Below, in pieces: positions 25,101-40,100 of a stretch of 64,000 nt of DNA. The first letter of the stretch is position 1. Each line of letters opens with the position of its first letter. A model generated the notes under the pieces. The model made no database searches. It was not told the origin of the DNA and was given only the letters and a program-made list of their open reading frames with translations. This DNA comes from Mobula hypostoma. Taxonomy: Eukaryota. The stretch covers positions 99,946,001 to 100,010,000 of the forward strand of contig NC_086107.1 of the NCBI RefSeq assembly GCF_963921235.1. Reading direction: 5' to 3'. The position numbers were made by a program, and so were the translations under genes.

Positions 25101-28100
25101 TTTCTCTCCCTCCCGCTTGTCTAACCGTCCGCCTCTCCCCCCTCACCCCGGAAGCATGTTTGTGCACTCTCTGCTTCGGCTATGGTGTGGCAATGAGTTA
25201 CAAATTCTCTCACACACTCTGGGTAAAGATATTTCTTCTGAACTCCCTGTTGAATTTATTAATTTCCTAGTTTAGGTAACTCCATATGTTTAGGATGGTG
25301 GTGAATATTGGAGGCTCGGGTAGAGGTGTTTGATGTTGCGGTGTTTACCGAGCTTGGCAGACGTTTCATTACGAGTCAGGACTGATGAAGAGTCTCGGCC
25401 TGAAACATTAACTACTTTCTGTTTTCCATCGATGCTGCCTGGCCTGCTGCATTCCTCCAGATTAAAGGGGCCTATTCTGATTGGCTGCCGGCGCCTAGTG
25501 GTGTTCTGCAGGGGTCAGTGTTGAGACCGCTTCTTTTCATGTTATATGTTAATGATTTGGATGACTGAATTGATAGCTTTGTGGCCAAATTTGCAGCTAC
25601 AAAGATAAGTACATGGGGCCGGTAGTGTTGAGAAGCAGGGAGTCTGCAAAAGAGCTTAGATTGGGAGAATGGGCAAAGAAGTGGCTGATGGAATATAGTG
25701 TAGGGAAGTGTATGGTCATGCACTTTGGTAGAAGGAAAAAAGGTGTAGACTATTTTCTAAATGGGGAGAAAATTCAAAAATCCGAGGTGCAAAGGAACTT
25801 TGGAGTCCTCATGCAGGATTCCCTCAAAGTTAATTTGCAGGTTGAGTCAGTGGTGAGGAAGGCAAATACATCTCATATTCCTTCTGGGTAGCCTCCAACC
25901 TGGTGACATGAGTATCAATTTCTCTAACTTCCAGCAATTACTTCCCTCTTATCTCTATTTTCCATTCCCCACTCCGGTTACCCTCACCTGTCCATCACTT
26001 CCCTTTGGCTCCTTTTCTTTCATGGTCCACTGCCCTTTCCTATAAGATCCCTTCTTCAGCCATCAGATCTCCCATCCATCTGCTCCTAACTTCTTGCATT
26101 ATCTCTACTCCCCCACCCACCAATCTTCCCCCTCACCTGCTCTCACCTATCACCTGCCAGCTTGTACACCTGCCCCTCCCCCCACTTTATTCTGGCGTCT
26201 GTCCCCTTCCTTTTCAGTCCTGGTGAATCTCAGCCCAAACATCAACTCCTCATTTCCCTCCATAGATGCTGCCTGACTTGCCGGCTCAGCCAGCATTTTG
26301 TATGTGTTGCTCGAGATTTCCAGCAACTGCAGAATCTCTTGTATTTAAGGAATGAAAATACCCAACAGGTCAGGCAACATCTGTGGAAAGAGAAACACAG
26401 TTAACGTTTGAGGTTAATGCTGAGCATTTCTAGCATTTTGGATTTACAGCATCTGCAGTTTACCATTTTCAACATGAGTAATAACAAGATTTAGGGTAGA
26501 CTGTCCATAACTTCCATGGGTCCTTTTCCGAATCTGTTTAATATTAAAGATTCTACTGAGCCTGTCCGTAAGACTGGTGTTCGTGCAGTGATCTCCTAAC
26601 TGTAGTAAAGCTTGGTGCTTTTCTAAGATACTTTTCTAATGAAGGTCAATGGTATGTGGAGACATAACTCACTAACTTACAATCCTGCTTGATATAAATC
26701 ATCTATGTTTGTGTTGTGTTGTAACACCCACTGCACTCAAAAAAACTTAATCTGATCTGGCTGTGAGATTTTTTCAGGTTGGCTGGAGGGTTTTCTCTTG
26801 AATAGCATTGAACCTGTGGGTTAACTCTTCTGCTGAAGTGTATTAATGCTGCAATTCCTCCTGCAGTTATTACAGCTGTTCTTACTTCAGAAACTGTCCT
26901 GTTGATCATGAAATGAACCTGAAGTTGACGGGCTGCGGTCTGGGCCAATCTGCCACCTTGCACGCTTGGTATATTCGGCTCCTTTGAAGCTCTGCTAGTC
27001 CTAACATGATGCAAGCTAATCCTAACTTGCATCGTGTTCTGTTCACTCAGTGCTCTTCCATGTTTGGTAACCTACTGTTAAGATTTTGAATGACTTATGT
27101 GCAGCAGCTCAGCCAAAGAAATAGTAGGGAGGCAGAAACATGGCAAGAGAACTAGGGGCTAGCTAGACTGACCCAACCAGACCATCAGTACCATCACTTT
27201 TCCTGGCCAGTGTCCACTCACTAGATAATAAAATGGAATCACTGAGAATGAACACACAGAAAGAGATGAGAAACTTCTGCATTCTAGTTTTCACTGAAAC
27301 ATGGCTAAACAAGAACATGCCTGACTCATTGTTTCGACGGGATGTGATGACTCTGTTCTCCTCAGACAGGGAGTCCCTGTTGGCCAAATCAAAAGGAGGT
27401 GGAAATCTGAGTGCACATTAACAAAGTACACTAATTCGTCTGTACTTAGTCACTGGTCTGGGGAAATTGAGTATCTTAAAATTAAGTTCCAGCTACATAC
27501 CTGCTCAGGGAGTTTATTGTTATGTTCATCACTGTTGTCTCCATTCCCCTGAGTGTGAATGCCAAGGTCGCACAGGGAGAGCTTTACAGTATCATCAGCT
27601 CTCTATAAAACAAACATTTGGGTAGTCTCTTCATAATAGCAGGAGACTCCAATCACGTTAACCTGCAGGACATTTTACCCAAATTCCACCAACACATCAC
27701 CATGTCCACTAGGGGAGCAAACAGACTTGATAAGGTTCATACAAACAGACGCAGTACTTATAAAGCCATTCCACACCTTCATCTTGGCCTCTCTGACCAC
27801 ATCTCCACAATGTTAATTCAGCATACCGACCACTGTTGAAATTGGAGAAACCAGTCAAGAGGACCATCACTGCATGTCCTAAAGAGCCACTCTTTGTACT
27901 CCAGGACTGTTTTGAACAGACCAACTAGCAATTGTTCAAGGAAGCTCCAACAAATGGAGAAGTTTCAGACCTCAAGGACTATGCCTCATCTGTCGTCGAC
28001 TACAGTAAATGTGTAGACAATGTTGGTACCTCACAAGTGACCATCTCTTGGCCCAACCAAAAGTACTGGCTGAACACAGAGATGCACACCCTACTAAATT

Positions 28101-31100
28101 GTCCCATATACCTTAGTGAACAAACTCCTATTCCTCGTTCTAAAGACACCACTGTGCAAGTTGGTGTTGGACTTCCTAACGAATACACCTCGGATAGTCA
28201 GGATCCACAACTGCTCCTCGCTCCCCAACATCCTCAACAAGGGCCCCCCCCCCCCCAGGGCTGTGGCTGAGCTCATTGTCGTACACTCTGCCCACCCGTC
28301 ACCTGTGACTGCAGGGCCAAACACCAGAGCAATCACAGCGCCAAGTTTAACAGTGGTGGGGCTCATCGCCAACAATTAGGTGGTCTACAGAGAGGAGATG
28401 GCAGACGTCTGGTGCCAGGCAAATAGCCTCTTCCTTCACATCAAAAGACAAATGAGATGTTTTCGACTCATACCACTCACACCCCCCTTTACATCAGCGG
28501 CACAGCAGTGGAGACTGCTGGGAGTGCAAATCACACACAACCTCGCATGGTCCCAGAACGCAACCTATACAGTCAGGAAAGCTCACCAATGCCTCTACTT
28601 TCTGCGAAGTCTGAAAAGAGCTGGACTTTGCACATCCATAGTCACTTCATTCTACGAGTGCATGGTGGAGAGCTTCCTGCCAAGCTGCAGTACTGCTTGG
28701 AACAGAAGCTGCACTGCAGCAGATGGAAAGACTCTGCAACAGGTAGTTAAAACTGCCCAACGCACCACCAGCACCAGCCCACCCGAAGTCAAGGGCATAT
28801 GGACAGAAAGGTGCCAGAAGAGGGCCAGGAAGATCATGAACGACCCCACCCAACCTGCTCATGGACTGTTTGTCCCACTCCCATCAGGGAGGAGGCTACG
28901 TAGCATCCACCACCAGGACCACCAGACTCAAAAACAGTTACTTTCTCCAGCAGTAAGGCTGATCAATACCTCCACCCACTAACTCCTCTTTTACTTTTAC
29001 TATTTTCTGTCAGTCGGCTTACGTGCAGCATAACATCACTTTATGTATGTATGTATTTGTATTTATTGTTTTTTATCTTTTGTGTGTTGCATCAGATTTG
29101 GAGCAACAATCTCGTTCTCCTTTACACTTGTGTACAGGAAATGACTTTCCAGCAACTTCCATCAAGTGGATTTGGTTTCACTTTATAAGGAGATGACCTG
29201 TAACATTGAGTAAACGAAGCGGAAAAGTGACTCATAATAATCAAATGGCCTACTGGTCTGAAACAGGCAGGAAAGATGAGGACAATTTATCTTCTCCACT
29301 AATAGCTTTTTGACATCTTGGTCAAGGTCTGATGTTACATCAGATCAGTGAGAAACATAAAACAAAGAATACTTCCCTGTCCAGCGGAGACAAGACCTTG
29401 GGCTGATTATATGTACCCTTTAAAGTAAGAGTCATGTGTATAAGCTGTCCCGGATGACGCATCTATTCCTTGACTTTTGGTTACGCTGCATTGGATATGA
29501 GTGCTGAGAACCAGAATTCTCCAAGGTCCTTCAGTTCATGCCAGGCTGCTCAAGCAATTAGTTATCTTCCTAGGCCGAGGAGACCATGGAGTAATTTGGT
29601 ACCAGTTTTCTCCCGAGGATGACAGATTGGGCTTGGGAAGGGTAGTTCTGTTAATGGCCAGCAAAGCAATTTGCAATTGCTCTATAATTCTGCTCTAGTT
29701 AGAGGATATGACCTGCTTTGCAGCTCCTTCAGTTTCTTTGAAACCAGAGCTGGAACTGGATCAGCAAATTTGCTGATGACACCAAGACTGGGGGTATAGC
29801 AGATGGCGAGGAAAGCTATCATGGCTTGCAGTGGATCACCACGAGCTGGAAAAATGGGCTGAAAAATGGCAGATGGGATTTAATGCAGGCAAGTGCGAAG
29901 TGTTGCGCTTTGGTAGGAGCAGTGAAGGTAGGTCTTACTGAGGGGTGTGGTAGAACAAAGGGATCTGGGGAATACAGGGCCATAATTAATTGAAAATAGT
30001 GTCACAGGTAGATAGGTCATAAAAAAATGCTTTTGGCACATTGGCTTTCATAAATCAAAGCTTTGAGTATAGGAGGTGGGATGTTATGTTGAAGTTGTAT
30101 AAGACATTAAGAGTATTGTGTGCAGTTTTGGTCTCCTATGTGCAGGAAAGATGTAAATAAGGTCAAAAGAGTGCAGAGAAAATTAACAAGGATGTTGCTG
30201 GGTCTGGAGGACCTGACTTATAAGGAAAGGTTGAATAGGTTAGAACTTTATTCCTTGGAACATAGAAGATTGAGAGAAGTATACAAAATTATGAGGAGTA
30301 TAGTTAGGGTAAATGCAAGCAGGCTTTTTCCACTGATGTTGGGTGGGACTACAACCAGAAGTCGTGGGTTAAGGGTGAGAGGTGAAAAGTTTAAGGGGAA
30401 TATAAAGGGAAACTTCACTCTGAGGATCGTGAACATGTGGAACAAGCTGCCAGCACAAGTGGTGTTTGCAAGCTTAATTTCAGGGTTCAAGAGAAGTTTG
30501 GATAAGTACATGGGTGGAGGGCTATGGTTCCGGTGCAGGTAACGGTAGTAGGCTGTTTAAGTGGTTTGGCATGGACTAGATGGACAGAAGGGCCTGGTTC
30601 TGTTCTGTAGTTTTCTATGATTCTGCGACTCCATAACTTGTGAAAGTTGGTCAATAATTGCAAGTTCTTACATTACGACATCGGATACTCTGGCACATGC
30701 AGCGTGAACCATGACTGAGTTTGAATGGATGCCCTCACCAAATCAAAGTCAGATTTGTCATAGCTGCCAATATCATTCTCTTCAACATTTAAAAAAATAT
30801 CTTGAACATGCCTGATCACGCATGAAGCTTGGCTGCCACTTGTGGGTTATGCTTGTAAAAAACTTGTGCTTTTTGGTCACTTCCACCAGCTCGTGTAGTC
30901 CACCGTCTGATGGAGTATCGATACCACGGTGTCCACTGGCCATCTACTGTCCAGCCCATCACCCAGCTGACTAATGCCATCATCAGGCGCATCAACGAGG
31001 CCTCTGGTACTTACCAAATGTTCAGTGTCCTTGCTGACATTGTGCTGCTGCAAAAGTGAGTAAACTGCCACTTTAATGTCACTAATTAGAAGGGTTCAGT

Positions 31101-34100
31101 ATTAGTGACCTCTCATCCTCGTTGTTGAATAAAAGCTCCCATCTCTATAGTTAAGATCACATTGTCCAGTGTACATAAGAACGTAATAACATAAGGAACA
31201 GGAGTAGACCATCTGGCCCATTGAGCCTGCATTCAATAAGATCATGGCTGATCTGACCATGGACTCATCTCCACCTACCTGCCTTTTCCTCATACCTTTA
31301 ATTCCCCTGCTGTGCAAAAATCTATCCAACCTTGTCTTAAATATATTTACTGAGGTAGCCTCCACTGCTTTATTGGGCAGAGAATTCCACAGATTCACCT
31401 CTTCTCTTCTCTCTTCGGTTGTCCACCGAAATCTGATGACGATGTCCACTCCTTTAACGGTGAGATCTTTGATGACTATACAGTCCCATCCTGGACCCAC
31501 AAGCTCTGTTGCAGGTGGGACATGTATATGTGGTAGTGGTGGCAACCATGGCTGCATTTCTCCTGGCTCTCTTCTGCTGTCTTCTGGTTGTTCTTTCCAT
31601 CTCCAGAATACAAACCCCGTCCGTACACAGCTGTCGCCACATGGTGCGGTCAGCAGCAACCTCCTCCAGATTCACCACTTTTTGGGAAAAGCAGTTCCTT
31701 CTCATCTCCGTCCTAAGCTTCCTCCCCTGAATATTGAGACCATGTCCCCAGTTCTAGTCTTACCTACCAGTGGAAACAACTTTCCTGCCTCTATCTTATC
31801 TATCCCTTTCATAATTTTATATGTGTACATATGGGTGATGATGCGATACAGTTGTGTTTCTTATAGACAAATCTAACCCCAAATCTCAGTGTTCTGTCTA
31901 CCTCATGAATTTTCCAGCACAAGATCCTGATTAAAACTCCGGGATGGAACCCTGACTTCAGCAGGGCCTGACCCTGTAGAACGCAGCTCCTTAAACTAAG
32001 CATTGTTTTTTTTTTGTCTGTAGGATCCAGTTCTCTTCTCCTGGATTTCCTGGTTCTACCAGAGACTGCCTTTTTTCCCCAAAAATAACATTTTTTTTTT
32101 TAAAATTTTATTTTTATTTGGATAAGGAGTTCACAATTATCATGTACTTTTTTCACACATATAACCTTTTCCATTTTTTTATATGTATAAAACTACAATT
32201 ATTTATACATTCTTAAGTACACATTGAGATGATATAAAAGCAAAATAAACATTTAAATAGATAATTATGTACTGTGGTAAATCTAACCTATTAGGCTAAG
32301 TAATGAAATTAGTTGTTAAGAAAAATGGTAATAATAGTTTCCATACAACCCTTCTGGACCATTTCCACTGGTCCAAAATGTTGCATACAAGCCTATATAC
32401 CAACCATTGTAGGTGTTTATATCCCAATTTGTTCGTGCTTGTTCCTGCCCGCAGACATAATTATCCAATCCCTATGTACTTATTTACTTAATTTTTTCAT
32501 TTTTTTTTATCCCTTTCCCAAATCTTTCCCTTTACTTGTGTTAATTCTCTATTTTCCAAAAAAAAACAACAAACATTTAGACTAGGGGTGTTTACATTAG
32601 CAATATTACTGTGTTGATGAGAAGAGCAATATAAATCATTAGGAGAGTCATCTAAAGTCTGCTCGCATTGGGGTTATATATTCAATCCAATTATTCCAGA
32701 TTTGATAAAATGTTTCTTTTTGAGTTCTCAGGGAGTAGGTCAACTTTTCCATTTTAAATATTTCCAAGATAATTTCGTACCAATCTTCTAATGTAGGTGG
32801 TATTGGATTTAGCCATTTTCTAGTGATTGATTTCTTACTTGCCGCTAAGAGGGCCTGCAGCAACTTTATATCTTCCTTCTGTTCAAAGAACAATACATGC
32901 CCCAAATAGAGCGTCTCAAAGTTCAGAGGTATCTGGGACCTAAGTACCTTAACTAATGTTCTATGAATACCTTCCCAAAATAGACTTAATTTAGGGCAAT
33001 CCCAGAAAATATGAAAATGATTTGCCTCCTTAGAGCCGCACCTTCTCCAACACATCACATTTGTATCTTTATATTTTTCCTGATATGGGGTCTTGAAGTA
33101 TCTTATAATGTTTTTCCAACAATGTTCTCTCCAAGTCAAAGAATTAGTCGAGGACCATTGAAAGCTGCAGATTTTCCCCCAAGCCTCCTCTGAAAGTACC
33201 AACCCCGCTTCTTTCTCCCACTTCTCTTTAATATACAGTGTATTTACATTTTTAGCATGGGAGAGTGCATTATATAGGCGAGAAACTGATTTACTAGGTA
33301 TTGAACTGCAAGCCGAATTCAGAATCTTGAAAAATTCTAATTCTACTGTTGATAGGTCTGTATATCTACAACTCTGGTTAACATAGTTTCGTATTTGAAG
33401 GTACCTAAAAAAGTCATTATGTTCTAGGCCATGTTTGTCCTGCAGGATTTGGAAACTTTGTAATACTCTTTTATCTATAAATGAGAGGTAGGTTGTAAGA
33501 CCTTTCTTTATCCATAGCTCAAATCTTTTATCTCCTCTGTTGGGAAGGAATTCGGTATCATATGCACACCATCTAAAGAGTTTTAGCATGTTATTAATTC
33601 CACATGAATTAACCACCTTCTGCCATACTTTTAATGTAAGATTTATCCAAGCATTATTTAATTTTTCCAACTGGGCCATCAATCCTTTGTCAGCTATTGA
33701 GGCCTGAAGAGGAAAACTGTCAACTAATCCAAATTCTATTTCCTTCCATCTAGCCTTATATTCCCTATTACACCAATATAACAGAGGGGTTATCTGTGAG
33801 GCATAAAAATAATTTCTCAGGCAAGGAAGAACCATACCTCCTCTTTCCTTCCCTAACTGTAAAGTGTTATATCGAATTCTAGGTTTCCTTCCTTGCCAAA
33901 TGAAGTGGGAAATCCATTTGTCCCATTCCCTGAATTGATTATCATCCACCTCCACTGGTTAAAGTACGGAAAAGATATAATAACCGAGGAAGAATATTCA
34001 TTTTTATAGTATTTATCCTTGAATTTAAACTTAAAAAGGGGATAAGATTCCATCTATGCATATCTGCTTTTATCTCTGAGATTAATGGCCCATAATTTAC

Positions 34101-37100
34101 CTGTGACAGTGTTGAAAGATCCTTCGGCAGGGTTATTCCTAAATATTTTAATGATTTAGCTTCCCACTTAAGATGGTATGTATCCTGCAATTTTTTGGAT
34201 GGTGTATAATTTAGGGACATAACCTGCGTTTTCTTTACATTTATTTTATAACCTGATATTTTCCCAAAGTCATCCAACAGTGTAAACAATCCTATAAATG
34301 ATTTTTCTGGTTCACTCAGATAGACCAAAACATCATCTGCGAATAACGCCACTTTCTGTTCAATCCCTGCCACCTTGATACCTTTTACGATTTCGCTCTG
34401 TCTTATTAGTTGGGCAAGTGGTTCAATATATAGCGCAAAAAGGAGAGGAGAAATTGGGCATCCCTGTCTAGTGCCTCTCTCTAAAATGAAGGAGTCAGAG
34501 AGGTCCCCATTTATCTTAATTCGGGCTGTTGGGCTGTCATACAGAGTCTGAATTACTTTAATAAACCTTTCTTGAAAGCCGAATCTTCCTAACACTCTGT
34601 ATAGGAATGCCCAACTAACCGAATCAAAAGCTTTCTCAGCGTCCAATCCTACTACCATTGTCTCTGTCTCGTTCTTATTAACCTGTTCTAATATGTGCAG
34701 AGTTCTCCTTATGTTGTCCTGTGTTTGTCTTTGTTGAATAAATCCAGTCTGGTCTAAATGGATTAGGCCAGGTAAAAGCTTTTCCAATCTGCGCGCTAAT
34801 ATAGATGTAAATAGTTTGTAATCTAAATTAAGAACACTAATTGGCCGATAATTGCCACATTCTAGTTTATCTTTACCCTCTTTAGGAATAACTGAAATAA
34901 TCGCTTCTCTCCAGGAAGGTGGAGTTTCTCCTCTCTGCAAGATCCAATTAAAGGTGTTAAGTAGTAATGGGGCTAACTGTGTCTTCAGGGACTTGTACCA
35001 CTCTGAGGTAAACCCATCAGAACCCGGGGACTTTCCAGCCTTTAACCTAGAGATGGCCACGTTCAGTTCTTTGACAGTTACTGGTTCTAATAAACTTTCA
35101 TTTTGTAAATCTGTAAGTTTAGGTAGATCTAAAAAATTCAATACACTGTCTATATAGGGCTCATTGGGGGCCCGGGGTTGGGAGTACAGCTCTCGATAAT
35201 ACGTTTCAAAACTCTCTTGAATTTTCCCTATTGTACTCTCCACAAGCTTTGTCTTTGGATTCTTTATTTTATGAATTGTATTGTCTGCTTGTTGTTTTCA
35301 TAATTTATATGCTAATAATCTAGCTGATTTACCTCCTACTTCATAATTCTTTTGTCTCAGGTAAAGAAAATTTCTTTGAGTTTCCAACGTATAAATATCA
35401 TCAATTTCACTTTGCAGTTTCCTAATTTCCTGTTTTCGATTTGAATTACTTTTGTTGCTATCTCCAACTTGAAGTTGTTTTAATTTTCCTTGAAGGTCTG
35501 CTAATTTTTGTGCATTGATTTTTTTCATGTGAGTAGTAATGGAAATAATTTTCCCTCTCAGTACAGCTTTCAATGTATCCCATAAAATCACTGGTGATGT
35601 TTCTCCCATGTCATTAAGGTCTAGATATTCTTTGATTTCTCCCCTTAATCTCTCCATTACTTTTAGGTTATTAAGTATATGTGAGTTTAGCCTCCATAGT
35701 GTTTTCCTCATTTTCCTTTCCAGGATTAGAGACATAGAGACTGGGCTATGATCCGACAGATCAATTGTTGCAATATTACAGTTTTTTATCCTGAGTCTAT
35801 CTGTATTTAAGATAAAGAAATAGTCTATCCTTGAATAGGCTGAATGAGGGAAAGAGTAATATGTATAATCTTTACTAGTAGGGTGTAATTCCCTCCAGAC
35901 ATCTATAATTCCCAACTCCTCCATCAATGAATTCACTTTCCGAGTCAGAGGTTTATTCTGAGTAACTATTCTTGAAGAATCTAATATAGGATTTAATCTA
36001 ATATTAAAATCCCCTCCACAAATTACTACCCCTCGAGCACTGACCATTAGGTCAAAAATGTGTCTATAAAATGACCATTCACTACCTGGAGGAGCATAAA
36101 CATTCAGCAATGTTATTTCTGTACCTTCTATTCTTCCTGTGATTTTTACAAACCGTCCTTCTTTGTCTCTAGTCTCTGAAATATGTTCATAATTAAGAGT
36201 ACTTGATATTAAAGTAGCTACCCCTCTTTTGTGACTCAATTTATATGATGAATAAAATACATGCTTAAAGCCCATTCTTTTTAATTTTCCATGTTCAGAT
36301 TGGCTCATATGTGTTTCCTGGAGGAAAGCTATTTGTGCCCTCTCTTTTTTCAATTTAGACATAATCTTATTTCTTTTAATTGGATTCAAAACCCCATTAA
36401 CATTATAGGAAATTATTTTTACCAATTCAGTTTGCATTTTTCTCTAGTAGAAAAAAAGCACTCTCCTTTTCTAACCAAACAGTAAGCAATCCCTTCTCAA
36501 CAGTAAACCAAGACATATAACCACACCCTAGACACTTCTGAACGTATAACATTTGAAAATTTTCCCCGACTTCCCACAGTGAGGCCTGAGCACCGACCCG
36601 CCTCAGTTCAGAGGGATAACCTCTATCTTCACCCTGTGTTAGAGGGCCCTCAGCAATTTGAATAATCATAGAGAATTTTCTCCTATTTATGTCTCGACCA
36701 TATTGCTATCATTCAAGTTATTCCGCCTAGATTATTTTCAATTACCAGTTTTCATTTTACTTTTAAGTCCGATTTACTCTTTTCAGTCATTTCTCTTAAT
36801 TAATCTGTATTCTCTGTACATTTGCGTCTGAATATTTGCAGCTTTTCCTTGTAGTTTGACACTCTGTTTCGAGTGGAGCGTCCTCGCCCCACTAACTGCC
36901 ACGACTTCTGCCGAATCCTCTCCAGTAGCGACTCCGGTTGGGTGATAACTTTAATAGGTAGTCCCCGGTCCGCCAGGTCCGACGTTGCCTCCTCCACCGT
37001 AGCGTAAGTTTTTGTCCCTTCGTCGTAAAAGACTCTCAGCCGAGCTGGATACAGGGTCTGGAATCTGATGTTGTTTTCCTTCAGGACTCTCCGTGTTTCC

Positions 37101-40100
37101 GTATATTCCTTCCGTCTGGCAAGAATCCCCAGTGCGTAGTCGTGGTCTAAACTGATTTTACAGTTGTTCCACATGAAACCTTCCTTTTGCCATGCTCTTT
37201 TAAGCACCTCTTCCTTCGTTCTGTAACTGAGAAATCTGATCAGAATCGATCTGGGCTGGGCGCCTGCCGGAGGCTGTGGTGCCAACGCGCGGTGAGCCCT
37301 TTCTATCTTTAGGTCTTTTGCGGCCGGTATATCAAGGTTTTCTCTAAGCAGCTTCTCCACGAAGGGAATCATCAATCCGGGTTTTCCTTCGGGAACTCCG
37401 TAGATCCTCACATTTTCCCTTCTCGAGTGGCCTTCTTGATCTATTAGTTTCCACTGGAGTTGGTCTTGTAGCTTCAGCATTTCTGCTATCACTTCCTCGG
37501 CATTTTGTAGCTTCTCTTCAATTCCAACAATCCTCGCTTCGGCTTCATCTATCCGCGAGTTAGTTTTTACTATTTCTCCTTTAATATCTTCCAGCTGTTT
37601 GCTGTTATCTTGTCGGAACTCGCGAATCTCTCCGAGAATCAAAGACAGAGTCACCGATTCCCCCTCATTATCTCCGTCCTGGCTTGCCGTGGGAGAGCTA
37701 GGCCCTTCGCCTTGCTGCATCTCTTTATATTTATCAGCCTTCGAAGCGGACATTTTATTCTTGTTCTTAGACATCATCCTTGCCCCTTTTATTAATATAG
37801 TTATGCAATATTAAGTATTTGTCTAAATTCGATTTTGGGGCAGTTTACCTTCTTTTTTGTCGAGAGACCTTTTCCTTACGCCGCCATTCCCTTGATGACC
37901 CGGAAGTCCCCCCCAAAAATAACATTTATTCATAATATACAGTGTATAAAAAAAAGATCAGTGCAAATATTTTACATTCATGGTCTTTGCATTCAGTAGA
38001 GTTAACAATTTTTAAATGTAATTAGTAGTGTTGCCACTCATATGGCCCCCTTGGGTGATCCACCATTTCAACATTTGAGAAGTTCCCCACCTGACTCAGC
38101 CTTTCCATGTGAGATGCCAGAAGGAACCTAGGTTGTGCTCCTTCCCCACAGAGTCTTAAGGTTTCTGTCCTGTCCTTTATGGACCCTTGTGTCTGCAGAA
38201 CTCATTGTCTTCCAGAGTGAGGCTCACCTTCAATATGAACATACTTTAGACCCTGAGGATGTTGTGCTGCAGCTCTGAATATTTAAATAGAACACCATAT
38301 AATTATTGCCCCAGGACCTTTAATGTAATGAGATTCAGCAGCATAGCAGTGTGGGGGGAGGGGGGTTTGGGGTTGATGTTCTTGTTCTGTTTTGCTAGTC
38401 TTTTTGTGCAAAGGGGGGATTTGGGGGGGGGTCAGTGTTCCTGTTGCATTTTGTGTGGGTGAAGGGGTTGCCATTCTTTTTTGTGTGGGGAGGAGTGGGG
38501 TTGACGTTTCTCTGTGAACCACATCCATGGTTTTCCCTGCCTCGTGGCTATCTGGTGAAGATGGGTCTCAGCGTTGTACACAGTTGCATACTTAGATAAT
38601 AAATGAACCTTTGAACCTTTTGAGTCTGCACCAAATGTTAATGTACAGTAGCTGATTGTGCCTCTGAAACTGTGGGTTTGCAAAGACCAATCTTTGGGAA
38701 GACCTGCTGAAGCCAAGCTTTGAGTGAACCTAGTCTCTTCACTTTGCAGCTGCTTTGAGGCTGGTAACCCTGGAAAAATAGCATGAAATTAGCTGAAGGA
38801 AAACCAGTCAATTACAAACCAACGTGATCGATTGATTGGATTAAAGAGTAACCTTCAAAGCTCTGCTCTTGTCCGCTTATGATGAGGCATAATGCAGAAT
38901 AACCTCAGAGAAGCTGCAGTTAATTTTATTTGGACCTAATGTCCTATGTAGTTTCCTCAGCATATAATTCTAATGCTGTTGTTGGCTCGATGGCCATGCA
39001 CCATTTAAGGGGTGAACTCAGATAATGCATCCCAGGAGACTCGGTCTTGTTCTTGTCCTGATTCTGTCCTGAGCATTAGTGATCCTCAGCAATGGGGGTG
39101 TAAACTTGCTTTCTCCTTCCTAACCCACGTTAGTGAAGGCAGGACTGTGGACTGGTTGAGACTGCCAAATCCGCACTGTTTGGGGAAATAAAGTGCCAAT
39201 GTCACTTTGTTTCTTGGGGCTGTTACTACATGAGTCAAGAAGAACTCGTTGCCTGTTTTGTTCAAATGTGTGTATGTTGTTCAATGTTATCTGGGTTAAT
39301 ACCCCACAGATCTAATCTGGGCTATTCTGGTTAACAGAGTCCCCACAGAATGGAGTGCAGGAAAGTGTTGCAGTTTGGTCCCCATGGATTTGCAACCTCT
39401 TGAGCACAGCCAGTGATTAACATTTGTAGAAATTTCCAACTTGTGCTCTCATTGTGGCATGTGCTTCTTCAAACCCATTCCAGGACTTGTTATCTTGCCC
39501 CCTAATAACGTGGCACAGGCCTTTATCCATCCATGGTCTGTCTACAATCACAGCCCTTCCTGGAGAATAATCAAGTCTTTCCCAAAAGAACCAAAAAGGA
39601 ACAGTGACACCAGTTGCTGGGTATACGTCGACGTGCTTGGCTTATCTACCCTGAATGATGTTTAAAATATGTAGCCTCCCTGGCCACCCTCAGGGTCGCT
39701 CGGCTCGCTGTCGTCTAGAGAAACAGCCCTCAGCCCTGCCAAACTGGGTAATAGTTTGTTTGGATGCTGTATGAGGTACCCCACCCCGCCCAAATAACAG
39801 ACAATACACCAGATACGATTAAATGATTTACAGTTTATAGATATTACTGGATCTATATAATTAATAGAGAATAAAATATAAAAGGAAAATAAAAGGCGCC
39901 ACACTTATCAAAGTTCAATCTCTTCGTGCATAAAAAAGTTGGAGCTCGGGACCCTTCTTCTTCACCCTGCGACCCCTTGGACCACCTCGACCGGCCGCCT
40001 GGGACCAACAACGGTGGTCGACCAGACGCTCCACACGAGTCCGTCTCCGTCTCCCCTCCTCGCCGAACGCCCAGCTCAGGGTCCAACCCCGTTAGTGGAC

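Larger units (their letters stand above)
32094..37910 (-). mobile_element. Full-length L1 retrotransposon (~5.8 kb), antisense in a FOXRED2 intron
   Basis: TSD CCCCAAAAATAACATTT (32077-32093, 37911-37927); 5' end GGGACTTCCGG...GAATGGCGGC; ORF1, 362-bp spacer, ORF2, 3' UTR, AATAAA and poly(A). Confidence 0.97.

Noticed and set aside
31102..31876. 185-aa and 210-aa ORFs
   Set aside because: Chimeric reads across a CR1 fragment and its nested RTE insertion.
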